DNA of 64,000 bases from Hypanus sabinus (taxonomy: Eukaryota): assembly GCF_030144855.1 (NCBI RefSeq), contig NC_082722.1:48360001-48424000 (forward strand). Reading direction: 5' to 3'. Position 1 is the first letter of the stretch. Every line of letters starts with the position of its first letter. Below, piece after piece: positions 11,816-24,794 of this stretch. Below the pieces are notes generated by a model. It saw only the letters and a program-made list of their open reading frames with translations. It was not told where the DNA came from and made no database searches. Both the position numbers and the translations under genes were made by a program.

Positions 11816-14800
11816 CCATAGCTCCTCCCAATCCTGTGGTTATTATCATAATTAGGACAAGGGCAGAAGGTGGTTTGGGTACATCAGCCCTTGTTTGGTG
11901 CAGTCCAAGTCACATACTTGCCCTTCTGACATTGCTGCTCAGTCCAAATCCTGTTACTCTCTACACAATACCACTGCAAAAGCACCAGCAATATTGCAGA
12001 ACTTTGAAGAAAACTCATCACAACCTTTTCAGGGGCAATATGAAATATGCAGATCCCCAAATTAATTTGAAACAAATTCTCTTTCTTCAGCCTGTAACAG
12101 ACCATAATTTTTTTGTAATCTTTTCTTTTCCAATTACCTATAAAAGTTATAATCTGTCCTTATGTTTGTAATTAGCCTACTTTCATAATAAGTTCCCTTG
12201 TCAAAACTTTAGTCATTCTTTGCTTCAAAATTACCAATTTCAGCTAAGAATCCACAAGTCCACAAGAAGCCTCTTTTAAGTAACTTCTTCATCACATCAG
12301 ACTTAAAAATTCAACTGTGTCCACATAAGATATTGTAATTCAGCAACCAAACAGGCAATTGTAAATTTTTTAAAAGCCTGTAAATCTGAAATAAGAATCA
12401 AAGTACTGGAAATACTCTGAAATATTAAGTTCTGGTGAAGGTTCACTGGCCTGAAATAGAACATTTATTTTTTCCTCTACAAAATGCTGCCCTGGCCTGC
12501 TGAGAATTTTCAGCACTTTGTTTTACTACCAGACAGGTAACACCACCCAAGCAGCACACAAGTTGCAATGCTTCACTACAACTCTTTCACCTGCCAGGAG
12601 AGAATTTTGGCTACATACAAGGAAGAAGTAGCTATTGAGTTATAGAAAAATAAGTGGTGGCATTTTCTAGAATATTTTTGAAATAATTTCATGCAGTCAA
12701 GGGGATTCCAATCACTTTTTAAAATTCTCAAAAAACATATTTATCATTTCCTAAAAATTTACCAGGATACTAGTAAGGTCAACATCTGTTGGCCATTTGT
12801 AATGGTCTTCAAGAGGTGACAATGAACCAACTTCTTGAATGTCTGCAGCCTTTCTGATGAATGCACTCACATAATGCTGTTCAGTTGAGAATTTCAGGAT
12901 CTGGCTTGAAAGAAACAACAATCTGCTCAAAGCCATAATGGTGTCTGACCTGCAGGTACTGATGTTTCCATTAGCACATTGTCTTTGGTTGTCTTAGTTG
13001 TAGAGGATCTGGCTGGACGGAGTTACTGGATTAGCCTTGTTGAGAACCAGCAGCACATCTTTGCATCCAGAGATAAAGGGGATGAATATTTTGTGGTAGA
13101 ATACAAATAGAGCAGGACAAATTGCTCTAGATTCCAGATGAATTGTTACATCGATAGAACTGCACTCAAGGAAGTGGAGAGAATTCTGTCACACTCCATG
13201 TAGATGATAGTAAGGGCCCTGGAATGCCAGGAAAGGCCATGCGCTTTTCTCAATACTGCCATCAGGTAGATAGTACAAGTGGCTCTAGATTCACACCACC
13301 ACTTTCAGAACAGTTACCCCTCAACCAGCAGGCTCTTGAACAAAAGGGAATTGCTACACTCATTTAAGGACTATTTTGTCTTGTTATTTCATGTGTTATT
13401 TATTGCTATTTATTTATTATCTGCATTTACAGTTTACAGCTCCTGACGTTTACAGTATACAGACGCTATTTACAGTTACTGTTCTATAAATTTGCCAAGT
13501 ATGCCTGTGGGGAAAAAAATCTCAGGGTTATATGTGGTGACATATATGCACTCCAATAATAAATTTTACTTTGAAATGGGTGATTCATCACAAAAGGGCA
13601 AAGAAAGAGCAAAAGCCAGGAGAAAATAATTACTCTGCATGCACCTTATCAACTTCCTTTAGTACTTGATCATTTTAATGAAATCACCTCAGAATTTAGT
13701 GTGTGTGGGGGGGGGGGGAGTTCAAAAGAGAGTGAGAGGGAGGGGAGGGCAAGGGAGAAGAAAACAAAGAACACTGAAAGCAAGAACTCAACAATGGTAA
13801 TAGCTTTGAATGTCAGCTGTAGGTGGTAAATCTACTTTTTTCATAGCACCTCATACTATTTTTTCCTTTGTAGTAAAGGTGGCCTTCATTTCCAGATTTA
13901 TTCTGCATATGAAATAGCTTTGCAATGCAGAGACTAATTTTTAGTAATAAGACAACAGTGCAGACATGATTGCAATTAGAGGAGAAAATTACTGGTTATG
14001 ACAAATTTAATGAGTTTAGTTGTAAAATTCAGTATATTTATTGCAAAAATCCCACATACTTCCAAGATCTTCTGCATTTTTTAAAAAACGTTTCATTGCG
14101 GTGCTCCAAATATCTAGGTTTTATGTTGTGCTGAAGGCAACCTAACATTCATCAAGCATTGGATACATCTCTGGTTTAAAAGAGATAATGAAAATATATA
14201 GTTAAATTTGCTGAGATCCATTTTATAACACTTCAATGATTACTTTCTCTTGATATCTTAAATTTCAAAGTCAATAATGTTAAATGTTAATACCAGTATT
14301 TTTATGTTAAAAGAAACTTGGTTAAACTATTAAGTGTTTGTGTTAATGTTTAGTTTTCTGAAATTCAAAATAATCAAACCAATACATAAAATTTTAGATA
14401 CATAAAAATTTTAGATTCAGATACATAAAATTTTCATTTTATGTTGATTAAATTTGATTTTATTTCGAAGAACTAAGTTTCTACTTTTAGGCATAACACA
14501 TGGATTGCTGATTGCAAATGAAGTTGCAATAATTTTCAAAAATATTTTATGCCCTGCCCCCTAAATTGTACTTAAACTCATTTGAATATCACTAAAAAAT
14601 GGCTATTAATTGGCACAAACATAGCAATTATTCCAACATCTTTCTAAAATATTTTAAGTGGTACTATGTTGCAGCTTAATATACTTGTTCATCATCAAAT
14701 AACTGAGTCATCCAAAAACCATTTTAAATAACTGGACACAACATTTTAAAGCTTATGAAGGCATTTACTAGTTATATAGTGCAGAGTAATTAATTTCCAA

Positions 14801-17047
14801 TCATTTATTTTTAAGTCATTCAAAAGCTTTACAAGTGTGTCTGCTGGTTTCCTTTTACATGTTTTAAAACATGTCCTGAAACAGATGAAAAAATGTAGGG
14901 AGGAGAGGTTAATGGGCAAGCAAGAAATAACAAGTTGCAGGGAAATCAGAAAAGAGCCAAATGCCCTCTTTCTGTGTTACAAGAAACAATTAATAAAAAC
15001 TCCCCACAATTTACTACTTTGATTGCTTGTTAATTTTTTTTTAAATTACTGTGACAAACAAAAGCCCCCACTTCCACTGGATGCAATTTGTGTTTGAAAT
15101 TCAACATTCATTTTGCTGAGTTAGGGTAAAAATGTGCTTCTAAAAAAATCTGGTGGGGAACTCAAGGCCCAATTCAAACTAGATTCTTCAGCATGACAAT
15201 GTATAGCAATCCTGGCATATTGAATATTTTCTTTTCCCTTTAGTCCAATATCTGTTAGTAGGAGGTGAAACAATTTCAGGTCTTATGAGGAATGATTACT
15301 TAACAGATTAAGGTGATCATTTCTACTGTCCTCTGATGCCTACATTTACAGTGACAACCTTATTACAAAATCTTAGTTTCATAAACAGATATTATATTGT
15401 AGAACACATGGATTAATTCATTCTTCTATTTGTTCTTTAAATTGAGATGTATTAAAATGTGTATTATACAAGTACTAAGACAGCCAAATTAAAATTATGC
15501 TACGTATATTTAAGAGACAATGCACTTTTGGAACTCAATTATAGTACCAACAAAACAAATATTTAAAAACTTTTAGTGAATTTCAGTAACAATAATATAC
15601 TGATATTACAATAGCCAACTCCATATACCATACAAAATATTTATTTTAAATGTGCCAAATTTATGCCAGTCCTATATTTAAAGTCTTTGAATTAACTTAA
15701 AATGCAAATAAAAGCATGTTAAAGGTCTTAGCCTTATCATGACATGGTACAACCATTTTGTTCAATGAATAGTGCAAAAAAAAAATCAAGATACACTATA
15801 ATGGCAAAAAAAAATTCACACCAGAGTAAAATGATTGGCATGATTCTGGAAGAAAGTAAACACAACTTAGCACTGTGTAAAACATCCCAAAGCTTTTCAT
15901 GGGAATGTAATTACACATAAAACCATTAAGAAAACAAATTTATAAATTTACCTTATATCAAGTAGAATAAAGAATTAAATGATAGTAATGTTCAAAAGCA
16001 GGAACAAAAAGAAAATTCTGAACTAGGGCTAAGAATTAAAAGACATAGTCACCAATCATGGGGAAAAGGGGAGAGAGCCACAAGTCTGAAGAACACTGTT
16101 CTTGAGAGTTTTCAAACTGAAAAAAGTCACAGAGGTGGAATATGATAATGACTTTTTTAATGAAGCATTCATAAATCAAGAGTCAAATGCAAGATAAGGC
16201 TTGAATTAGGCAGTGGGCTAACCAGTGTTTTGGATGATTCAAATTTAACCAAGCCAGGAAAGAAATACTGGAATAACCAAGTCTGGACATGATTGCCAAT
16301 GAGTACTCCAAATTCAGACGTGTTCAGATAGATGAACAAACGGTAATATTATGGGGTGGTCATTGTGGTTGTGAGTATATTAGGTCAGGACCTCAACTCA
16401 CAGTCAAATTAGGAATAGAAATAGAAAACGCGATCCGGGAACAGGATGGAATTGGTAGCAACTCAACAGATATTGTTGCCGAAATTAAAGTAAATAATTT
16501 TGTCGCTCCAAACTTTAACTTGGGGAAATTTTGGCTTATCCAAGCAAAGACATCAACCAAGAAGTCAAACAATCAGCAACAGTGCAATGATCAAGAAAAG
16601 TGGTGATGAAGTATAAGTAGATATACCAATGGAATATAATGTCTTTGAAGTAGAGAAAAACATTGAGAGCATCAAAAAAATCTTGGTGCACCGTCTGAAT
16701 ATAAACTTTTTTTAAGAACAGTGAAATACTGACAAAGTTATCTCATTGAAGAGATTAAAAGTCATTGTGGAAACTAATAAAAATCAAGTTGCAAACGATA
16801 TTCTCGAAAATGAAAGACAAGCATGGAGGAAGTGAAATTTTGCAAAACATCCAATTTTCTAATAAAAAATTTCAAAAGAAAAATTTTAAAATAACTTAAT
16901 CAGAAGCTAAGCTATAGAGATTTGCCTTGCATGCAGCTGAACATTAAATGTTACTAGAACTGTTATGCGATTGAAATATGAGATTTGCGAAGAAAACAGT
17001 CTTTCCACCGCGTAGTTTTGTTAGCGTGTGTGTGTGTAGCATCCCAC

Positions 17048-17617
17048 CTTGCAGATTGCTGAACTACTGTTCCAGTTGGCTGCAGTAGTCGATGTGGCCG
17101 CGACGGGGACAGTGGCTGTTTTGGAAGTACTATCGATAATTCTCTGGATTTCCAGCAGCTCCTGCCTCAGGACCTGCTTCTGATGGAAGGTGAAGGAAGG
17201 GTGGTTGGAAGCCATGGTAAATAAGAGCAGGAATTCATCGCCAGTCCTGTCGTGAAGCTGAAGGCCATAGTTATTGATGATGGAATCGATGTGGGTAAGG
17301 GTGCGGTACAAGACCCCGGACGCCTCCCTGTTGTCGGAGCATAGTAAGGCCAAGGAGACGATGAGTTTACTGCGGACCACTTCGTCTGTCATGTTGGTCA
17401 AGCTGGCTAGGTCAGCCACGTTGTTAGCTTTGATCTCGGAATCCCTGAGAGAATGGTAGTCCTTTTTGGCCAAGTCCTCTAGACAGGCGCCCAAAAAGCG
17501 TAACTCCAGGGGGATACAGAGGTCCAGCAACCCACAAATGAAATCCACTCTCTGTGAGGAATTTAACTCGCCGAACCAACGGTAAACCTCATCCCGTTGC
17601 AGCTGCTTCTGCATCAT
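17048..17617 (-). CDS. ZCCHC14: ZCCHC14 coding exon 1 (570 nt, 190 codons)
   Basis: MMQKQLQRDEVYRWFGELNSSQRVDFICGLLDLCIPLELRFLGACLEDLAKKDYHSLRDSEIKANN...FLLLFTMASNHPSFTFHQKQVLRQEL matches the ZCCHC14 N-terminus. The first ATG is at 17617 (the ORF-track start at 17629 is a GTG). The donor is AAG|gtggga at 17048/17047. JPH3 synteny and exon 2 favour ZCCHC14 over ZCCHC2. Confidence 0.95.
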
Positions 17618-17639
17618 CTTCAACCACACAATCGCAGGG

Positions 17640-18300
17640 TTGATCGACAGACCCCTTTACGAATATTTAAAACTGGAATACAAGCACAACTTTCAGCTTC
17701 GCCGCATTTTGTTTCTTAGGCGATCTTGTTGAAGGAGAATTTCCGTTTTGATTTGGCAAAAGGGGGAGAAGAAAAAAAAATGTACTTTTCCTTCGGCTGA
17801 GCGAAGGGGTGGGGGAAAGACAGGACAGCTGTTAACCGGATCGGTTAGCGCCGCACGGTACCGCTGAAGGCCATTCGTGTTCAATCCAAGATTTTCTTCC
17901 CGTTGTCTCCCTTCTCTTCCAGGTCTTCTCGCTGAAATGAATCGCTGACGACCTAGTGTGTGACGCGCACCGCCGCTGACGGCCTGGAGTGTGACGCGCA
18001 CCGTTTCTGACAGCGATTTGTTGTCGCTTGTGTTTGGGCTCGCGCCCACCGCGCGCTCCAGCTGTCGGCCGCGCGCGCGCACTGGCTGCTGGCTCGCCGC
18101 CGGCCGTTTCTTTTAAAATCACGGTCTCCTCGCGTCGTCTCCGCCTCGCCCACATGAACCAAGTGAACCGCCCCGCCCCCCAGGGACACCGGTGATTGGA
18201 CAGTTCTACTGTCAATCTTCAACCCCTCCGCTTCGCTCTCTCCTCATCGCCTCCTTATCAATAACAAATCGAACGTCTTTCGGCACCCTCCATGCCTCTT
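17640..18300 (-). promoter_or_regulatory. CpG island / promoter and 5' UTR of ZCCHC14
   Basis: Dense CpG in otherwise CpG-poor DNA. GC box (CCGCCCCGCCCCC near 18168), CCAAT box (GATTGG near 18194) and several TGACG half-sites. The exact TSS is unknown. Confidence 0.8.
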
Positions 18301-19283
18301 CCCCAGCTAAGATTTTACCCTGAGTCCCCCTCCTGTTTAGGAAAGACAAACGGAATCAGTTTTGTTTGGGGTTTTCAGAACCACGCTTCGCATAGAATTC
18401 TTCAAAGGTCTAAGCTCTCCACTGAACCTGGTCGACCAAAGTCCCGCCTTGAGCTTTTCCAGAAGGACTGTTCTCCAAAACCTGGTCGTTTTATTGCGGA
18501 ATATCACTGTCCATTATCTCCCTTGCAATTAGGTTGGGCTGTGATCGGCCTTATGAGAATGTATTTACCAGGCCGAAGTTCTTTAAGTTTATAGGGCTCA
18601 ATTTACATTCGGGAAGGCTGTGTTACGTAATGTTTTGCAAATAGAGGATAACTCATTGAAGAATGTTGAATAGGCAGGCCAAGACTTCATTAAACTGAAA
18701 TATGATCTTTATATAAAAAGTCCGAACACAGTAAACTAATTCGAGTTTTCTTGTAAAAAAAAATTACATTCATTCCAATGGGCGTAATGGCAGTGAGAAG
18801 TGTAACCTTCGATCGGTGGATAACATTGAAAGAATGCTAAAGTGTTGTATACTTACAAGACCGATTCCAGCACCCCGTGTCATATTTACTAACGAATAAC
18901 AATAAATAGTACAATTATTTCGCAAATAATTTATAAAACATGTTTGTTGTGGCTTAACAAAAATCCCAACAACTTAATAAATTCTTAATACTATTTATCC
19001 AACAATAATGTCCTTTCGTTTAGAAATCATCAGGATCTTTGCGGTTTCTTATGTCACATCCCACTTTCCCAGATGCTGCTGCAGGAAGTGCTTGTTTATT
19101 CTCCTAGTAGACGATGGTGAATGTGCAATTTGTAGATTTTTGCTGAGAAAGAAAAAGATTATTCTTAATATACAATATTGCAAAGGTAATGAAGTTCAAA
19201 TTTTAGCTTTGGCACGTGGTAGTATTTTAAACTTTGTATATGGAGGTGCTGGGGTTAAGAGTTAATGAGCAAGAATTGTACTA

Positions 19284-19630
19284 GGAGAGATGCTGCCTTT
19301 TGGATGAGACATAAAACTCCTCAATTGGCAGTAAAACATTTCATCGAGTTTGGTGTACAGTACTGGCCAAGTTTTCTTTTCAAATCAGCACCAGTAAGTA
19401 GCAGGTCATTTATTTCAGTGCTGTGTATGTAAAACCTGGCTGCACACAAATTACCTGTTCTGTTTCATGCCATGGAATAATGACAGAATTTAAAATGTAT
19501 TTCGACTCCAGCATGTTTTGAACTGTGCAGGCTTCAGGTTTCCAATAATAGAAACACTAATAACAGCTTAGACTGTAACATATTTTGAGATTTCCAGGTT
19601 TCATGAAAAATAGTAATAAATGTAAGTTAT
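19284..19630 (+). mobile_element. DeuSINE-type (SacSINE1/AmnSINE1-related) remnant
   Basis: GCCTTTTGGATGAGACATAAAAC...CTGGCCAA...GGTCATT...GCTGTGT...CACAAATT resembles the Deu domain as I recall it. It is heavily diverged. Confidence 0.55.
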
Positions 19631-19697
19631 TGCAAGATTTCCCGTTATTTTTTTGTAATGGGATACCTGTCTACTTATTTTTACCCCCTTTTTTTAT

Positions 19698-19840
19698 TCA
19701 GGTGCTCACGTATGATGTGGTGGCATAATGACGTATGCCATTCATGTACTTTTATATATAATCCATAATGAATTATGTAAACAAAGCATAATCAAACAAT
19801 ATATATTACTCAAGTATAACTGAAATATGAATACACTACA
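19698..19840. mobile_element. Partial LTR, same family as 35985-36196
   Basis: Shares CCATAATGAAT..TGTAAACAAA, TATTACTCAA and GAATACACTACA with the 36-kb copy. Confidence 0.6.
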
Positions 19841-19967
19841 GTTCCTAACTAGTTATAAGCTCTCAGGGACTTCTTGTGTTGCTGAAAGATGCTATATGAA
19901 GGCAAGTTTTCCATAATGTAACTTGTAGCTGGAGCTTTAATTGGCTTTATTTTAGGGAATATAAATG

Positions 19968-22460
19968 TAGAAACATAGAAAACCTACAGCACAATACAGG
20001 CCCTTCGGCCCACAAAGCTGTGCCGAATATGTCCCTATCTTAGAGCTACCTAGGCTTTACCCATAGCCCTCTATTTTTCCAAGCTCCATGTAGCCATCCA
20101 GGAGTCTCTTAAAAGACCCTATCGTTTCTACCTCCACCACTGCCGCCGGCAGCCCATTCCACACATTCACCACTCTGAATAAAAAACTTACGCGTGACAT
20201 CTCCTCTGTACCTACTTCCAAGCACCTGAAAACTATGCCCTCTCATGCTAGCCATTTCAGCCATGGGGAAAAGCTTCTGACTATCCACACGATTAATGCC
20301 TCTCATAATCTTGTACATCTCTATCAGGTCACCTCTCATCCTCCGTCGCTCCAAGGAGAAAAGGTCGAGTTCACAAAACCTATTCTCATAAGGCATGCTC
20401 CCCAATCCAGGCAGCATCCTTGTAAATCTTCTCTGTACCCTTTCTATGGTTTCCACATTCATCTTATAATGAGACGACCAGAATTGAACACAGTACTCCA
20501 AGTGGGGTCTGACCAGGGTCCTATATAGCCGCAACATTACCTCTCAGCTCCTAAACTCAATCCCATGATTGATGAAGGCCAATGCAATATATGCCTTCTT
20601 AACCACAGAGTCAACCTGTATAGCAGCTTTGAGTGTCCTATGGAATTGGACCCCAAGATCCCTCTAATCCTCCACACTGCCAAGAGTCTCACCATTAATA
20701 CTAGATTCTGTCATCATATTTGACCTACCAAAATGAACCACCTCACATTTATCTGTATTGAACTCCACCTGCCACTTCTCAGCCCAGTTTTGCATCCTAT
20801 GGATGTCCTGCTGTAACCTCTGACAGACCTCCACCTTTGTGTCATCAGTAAATTTACTAACCCATCCCTCCACTTCCTCAGCCAACTCATTTATAAAAAT
20901 CACAAAGAGTAGGGGTCCCAGAAGAGATCCCTGAGGCACACCACTGGTCACCGTCCTCCATGCAAAATATGACTCATCTACAACCACTCTTTGCCTTCTG
21001 TGGGCAAGCCAGTTCCGGATCCACAAAGCAATGTGCCCTTGGATCCCATGCCTCCTTACTTTCTCAATAAGCCTTGCATGGGGTACCTTATCAAATGCCT
21101 TGCTAAAATCATACACTGCATCTACAGCTCTACCTTCATCAATGTTCTTCGTCACATCCTCAAAAAATTCAATCAGGCTCATAAGGCACGACCTGCCTTT
21201 GACAAAGCCATGCTGACTATTCCTAATCATATTATGCCTCTCCAAATGTTCGTAAATCCTGCCTCTCAGGATCTTCTCCATCAACTTTCTAAGCACTGAA
21301 GTAAGACTCACTGGCCTATAATTTCCTGGGTTATCCCTACTCCCTTTCTTGAATAAGGGAACAACATCAGCAACCCTCCAATCCTCTGGAACCTCTCCCA
21401 TCCCCATTGATGATGCAAAGGTCATTGCCAGAGGCTCAGCAATCTCCTCTCTTGCTTCCCACAGTAGCCTGGGGTATATCCCGTCCAGTCTCAGTGACTT
21501 ATCTAACTTGGTGCTTTCCAAAAATTCCAACATATCCTCTTTCTTAATATCTACATTCTTAAGCTTTTCAGTCCACTGCAAGTCATCCCAACAATTGCCA
21601 AGATACTTTTCCATAGTGAATACAAAAGCAAAATATTCATTAAGTACCTCTGCTATCTCCTCCAGTTCCATACACACTTTTCCACTGTCACACTTGATTG
21701 GTCCTATTCTCTCACATCTTATCCTCTTGCTCTTCACATATTTTTCCTTAAGGGTTTTCCTGAATCCTGTCCGCCAAGGCCTTCTCATGGCCCCTTCAGG
21801 CTCTCCTAATTTCATTTTTAATCTCCTTCCTGCTAGCCTTATAATCTTCTAGTTTTACCTAGTTTTTTGAACCTTTCATAAGCTCTTCTTTTCTTCTTGT
21901 CTAGATTTACAGCAGCCTTTGTACACCATAGAGCTTCTATCCTACCATCCTTTCCATGTCTCATTGGAACGTACCTACTCAGAACCCCACGCAAATGTCC
22001 CCTGAATATTTGCCACATTTCTTTGGTACATTTCCATGAGAACATCTGTTTCCAATTTATGCTTCCAAGTTCCTGCCTGATAGCCTCATAGTTCTCCTTA
22101 CTCCAGTTAAACGTTTCCTGAACTTGTCTGTTCCTATCCCTCTCCAATGCTATGGTAAAGGAGATAGAATTGTGAGAACTATCTCCAAAATGCTCTCCCA
22201 CTGAGAGACCTGACACCTGACCAGGTTCATTTCCCAATACCAGATCAAGTACAGCCTCTCCTCTTGTAAGGTTATCTACATGCTGTGTCAAGAAGCCTTC
22301 CTGAACACGCCTAACAAACCCTGTCCCATCTAGACCCCCTCACTCTAGGAAGATGCCAATCAATATTTGGGAAATTAAAATCTCCCACAACAACCCTGTT
22401 GTTATTACTCCTTTCCAGAATCTGTCTCCCTATCTGCTCCTCGATGTCCCTGTTATTATT
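19968..22460 (-). mobile_element. CR1 LINE, about 2.5 kb, end of endonuclease domain through RT to 3' end
   Basis: Minus ORFs 21839-22291 (LDLVLGNEP, GDSSH), 20664-21815 (NYRPVSLTS, QHGF, DFSKAFDKVPH, GVPQGSLLGP, KFTDDTK) and 20109-20537 (LYRTLVRPHLEY). The 3' tail is TTTCTATG-type. Frameshifts are present. Confidence 0.93.
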
Positions 22461-22732
22461 GAGGATAGAATGATGATGGGCACGTGATGGAAGTATTTGT
22501 GGAGGATCACTTTGCTAACAATAAATACAATTCTATAACATTTAAGGTAGATATGGGAAAAGTTGGACTTAGAATCAAGGTCTTTTCTTGTAGAAGAATT
22601 GTCTTCAGAAGTATAAGACAGGACATGGCAAAAGTAGATTGTGAGCATTTGCTAAAGGGAAAAACACCACTGATAAATGAGAGCTGTTTAGAAGCAAAAT
22701 AATAATAGTTCAGCCAGCATTTTCCTATAAAG

Positions 22733-22813
22733 CAGGGGTTCTCAACCATTTTTTATGCTTTGGACCAATACCATTAAGCAAGGGGTCTGTGGACTCCAGA
22801 TTGGTAAATCCTG
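22733..22813. mobile_element. 81-bp hAT-type MITE
   Basis: Imperfect TIRs CAGGGGTTCTCAACC / GATTGGTAAATCCTG, with an 8-bp TSD CTATAAAG / CTGTAAAG (one mismatch). Confidence 0.75.
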
Positions 22814-23037
22814 CTGTAAAGCTAAGAAACAATGATAGTAAGATTATGGGAACTTAATGAAGGAAATTGAGAAATTGATCAGGAAAAAGATGAAAGCACA
22901 CATCATGTTTGGGAAACTTATCTAATGAGTTCATTGAAGTTTATGGAAGGTTGCTAGATATCTTAAGAAAGCAATTAGGAAGGCAAGATGAGGACATGAA
23001 ATTAAAGAGAGTTTCAAAATCATTTATAGATATATTA

Positions 23038-23250
23038 GAGCTGATTGTGGACTTCAGAAAGGGTAAGAAGTGGGAACACAAATCAATCCTCAGGGAGGGA
23101 TCAGACGTGGAGAGAGTGAGCAATTTCAAGTTCCTAGGTGTCAATATCTCTGAGGATTTAACCTGGTCCCAACATATTGCATTGTACTGTTGCTACTAAG
23201 GTAACAAATTTCATGACATATGCCGGTGATATTAAACCTGATTCTGAATC
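23038..23250 (+). mobile_element. Rex1/Babar LINE fragment with internal deletion
   Basis: ELIVDFRKG...FKFLGVNISEDLTW is joined directly to the TAAACCTGATTCTGA tail. Confidence 0.8.
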
Positions 23251-23589
23251 TTTGCTCTGAACGTGGTGGCATCACGAACATCATGACAAGCTTCACTGAA
23301 CAATGTTGATCATAATTTGTGTCTGACATCACCAATTTCTTTACCTTTGGAAAGCCACCTTTTTGTCCATTGCCATGTCTTCCCAATCTGTCACAATGAG
23401 TTCAAGGGGTAGAGCACAGTAGCCAGGTTCGGCAGGAACCATTACAGAAATTAACCAAACCTAAACAGAACCATAACTGTGACTCCTTCTTTGGCCTTGG
23501 GGCATCCACCACTGCTTTAATTTTATCAGCACATTTGTATAGTTCTTGTGCGTCAGTGGTGTGAACACAGTAAATGATGCATGGTTTAT

Positions 23590-24790
23590 AAAATTCACAT
23601 CACACCATGCTCTGAGCCCATAATCTTCTAATCTTTGTAACATTGTCTTGAGATTTTGGAGATGTTCCTTATCATCCTTACTGTTAGTGGTGTCATTAGG
23701 TTAACACTGAGTGCCTGGACAGCCTTTCAGCACCTGGTCCATAGCTTTCTGCCGGAGTGCATGTACAGGTGCTGTTCCAAAAATAAACCTTCATAGAGAT
23801 AAAGACCTTTGTGGCTGTTTATGGTGAAAAACACTTTGGACACTTCTTCTATTTCCATCTGTAGGTAGACTTCAACTAAGTCTACTGAAGTGTTTTCCTC
23901 CAGAAAGGTTTGCAAAGAGACCCTCTATCCTTGGCAGAGGGTATTGATCTACTTTCAGTAGTGGGTTGATGGTGAACCTTAAAATCACCACAGAATCTGA
24001 CAGACATATCCTTCTTGGCTATTGGGACCACTGGCTTTGTCCATGGACTTCAGTAAACTTGGTAAGAATTCCTTCAACCTCCACACAATCCAGCTCACTG
24101 GCTACTTTATCACAGATGGTGTAAGAAACCAGACAGGCTTTGTAAAACTTGGCTGTGGCATTTTCATTTAACACTGTTTTGCTCTAGATATGTTGAGTTT
24201 TCTAATGCCATCCTTGAACACTGCTGTGGCATTATCCAATACCTTTCTTAATTCACTTTCATTCATTACAAGGCATGTAGCATGCAAATGTTGAATAGAT
24301 ATCCAAATCAGTTGTAGTTGTCTCAGCCAGTCATGACCCCACAATGCAGGCCCTCCTGTTTTTACCACATACAAACCCAGCTTGGCTTGTTGGTTGTATT
24401 TCACTGTTACGGATGTCATTCCTGCAGGAGTTATCTTTTCTCCAGTATAAGTTCATAATTGGATATCTGCAGTCTTCAGTTTAGTATCTTTGAAATGCCA
24501 TTCAAATTCATTTTGTGGAATGACAAACAACCAAGCTGGAGTCAAATTCCATTTAAATTAATTTGTCATTCATTTCTGGGATAACACATTTAATATGCAT
24601 TGTGTTAGTTTTCACATGCAAATCTTGAGGCTACTCACTCCTGTGTCAGTCTCATCACCAGCATGCAGATTAGTGCTCTTTTTGAAACCGCAACTTCACT
24701 TTTTATCTTTATTGCTTCCCTGTGCAGTCCACTTATTTTTGTCTGCCCAACATGTTCTTTGCACGGTTGCTTTATTCATTAGAAATCTGT
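23590..24790 (-). mobile_element. Gypsy LTR-retrotransposon internal fragment (protease to RT), decayed
   Basis: Minus ORFs LYVVKTGGPALWGHDWL and DLVEVYLQME...FFTINSHKGLY resemble Gypsy pol. Many stops; boundaries are approximate. Confidence 0.75.
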
Positions 24791-24794
24791 AACA

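Noticed and set aside
11557-12171. 204-aa plus-strand ORF
   Set aside because: It is read-through across the antisense strand of CR1 and other LINE fragments.
17693-18222. Overlapping 89-129 aa minus-strand ORFs upstream of ZCCHC14
   Set aside because: These are Arg/Ala/Gly-rich frames expected in a GC-rich CpG island, mostly with non-ATG starts and no recognisable domain.
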